From positions 32,001-96,000 of the IMG/VR virus record IMGVR_UViG_3300005614_001084: a stretch of 64,000 bases of DNA; one strand, given 5' to 3'. The position numbers and the translations under genes are program-made. Shown here one piece after another: positions 63,109 to 64,000 of the stretch (positions are counted from its first letter, which is position 1; each line of letters opens with the position of its first letter). The DNA comes from a virus. Lineage: Duplodnaviria; Caudoviricetes. The notes under the pieces were generated by a model. It had not been told where the DNA came from, made no database searches, and saw nothing but the letters and a program-made list of their open reading frames with translations.

Positions 63109-63983
63109 GGCCAGTCTCCTTCTTCCGCCAGCTTGTAGATCGAGCCCTCCGTGCGAAGGAAGAGCTTGGTGTCGTCTGCGCTGAACGGAATGTCGAAGTA
63201 GAGGATGTGATCTGTATCGCGTTCGTCCGCGATGGGGTCCGGGCCGTGCGGCACGGTCTCCGAGCCCAAGATGTAGACGGCGCCCAGAGTGTGGGCGGCG
63301 TCCATCCAGCGCTCGATATCACGGAAGTGCCAGATCAGCAGCACGCGCCTGCCGCCCATGTCGGAGGTGGTGCGAGCGATGATCGACCACAGCTCGTCCT
63401 CGGTCTCCGTGTTCTCCGTCTTCGTCATCACGTACGCAGCAGCGTCGATGTTGTCGGGCGACGGATACACGGCGCGATTCATGCGGGCCAGCGGCTCGGG
63501 ATGGACAGCCTTCACCATCGCTTCCATCTTCGTGGCTCCAGGGCCCCAGACATCAGGCATGAAGTTCGAGCCGAAGTAGAACGCGATCCATGGGCTGGCG
63601 AGCAGCTCCACTGCGACGCCCGGGTGTACGGACGCAACCGTGAGATGGCCGTCCTCGTCGCGCATGCGGAAGTCGATCATGCCAGTATCCGACCGGTTCA
63701 CGACCTCGATGTCCTTGGTCTGGGTCACGATCAGGCGCTTCTGCGGCCACTTCAGACGTGGACGAAACAGAACGTGGATGCTGAAGGGCGCCTGTCCCTC
63801 ACCGTTCCAGTTCACCCAATCCCCGCCGTGATCTTCGGTGCGCACCTCACGCACCCAGAAGTCGTCGAGGTACTGATGCTCCAGATTCTCCTCCGTGGTC
63901 TCCGTCCAGGAGGGATCGGGCGAGTTGTACGCGGTGAGGTCGGTGACGGCGTGCAGGCCGATGATGCGCTCGTCCGGGCCCAT
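63105..63983 (-). CDS. Hypothetical protein (may extend beyond the window)
   Basis: 292-aa ORF with GTGA overlap to the DUF1643 gene. Confidence 0.6.
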   Translation of the reverse strand: MGPDERIIGLHAVTDLTAYNSPDPSWTETTEENLEHQYLDDFWVREVRTEDHGGDWVNWNGEGQAPFSIHVLFRPRLKWPQKRLIVTQTKDIEVVNRSDTGMIDFRMRDEDGHLTVASVHPGVAVELLASPWIAFYFGSNFMPDVWGPGATKMEAMVKAVHPEPLARMNRAVYPSPDNIDAAAYVMTKTENTETEDELWSIIARTTSDMGGRRVLLIWHFRDIERWMDAAHTLGAVYILGSETVPHGPDPIADERDTDHILYFDIPFSADDTKLFLRTEGSIYKLAEEGDWP

Positions 63984-64000
63984 GGCGTAGAAGCGCAGGG

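Noticed and set aside
1-64000. Stop-codon reassignment, diversity-generating retroelement, integrase, introns or inteins
   Set aside because: Genes tile tightly with TGA/TAG/TAA stops in the standard code; no reverse transcriptase, TR/VR pair, recombinase or intein motifs were recognised by eye.

Overview
GC-rich, densely coding segment of a large tailed (myovirus-like, probably jumbo) bacteriophage genome using the standard genetic code. The minus strand of about 0.4-36.7 kb and 44.9-49.7 kb carries lysis-like membrane genes, tail-fibre, baseplate, hub and tape-measure-like genes. These are interrupted by accessory insertions, mostly on the plus strand. The rest (36.7-44.9 kb and 49.8-64 kb) is small accessory genes, including a dNMP kinase, RHH regulator, GroES, HicB-like, vWA, metzincin protease, TopoVI-A/TOPRIM, DUF1643 and DUF1653 proteins. 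Host-like regulatory or metabolic genes include a receiver-only response regulator, a sigma70-family factor, an acyl carrier protein and an RNAP alpha-CTD-like protein. The standout is a self-contained cassette at 28.1-29.4 kb: a 246-aa conserved hypothetical protein followed by a roughly 470-nt structured non-coding RNA. This RNA contains two tandem circularly permuted tRNA-like domains (T-arm, closed acceptor stem, D-arm; no anticodon loop, no CCA), a 29-bp G-U-rich hairpin, hexamer repeats and a terminal hairpin. Two promoter grammars are also visible: a TANNNT-N6/7-start leaderless arrangement before structural genes and a CTAT(C/A)AGC motif before accessory operons. All family assignments come from motif recognition by eye; no searches were run.
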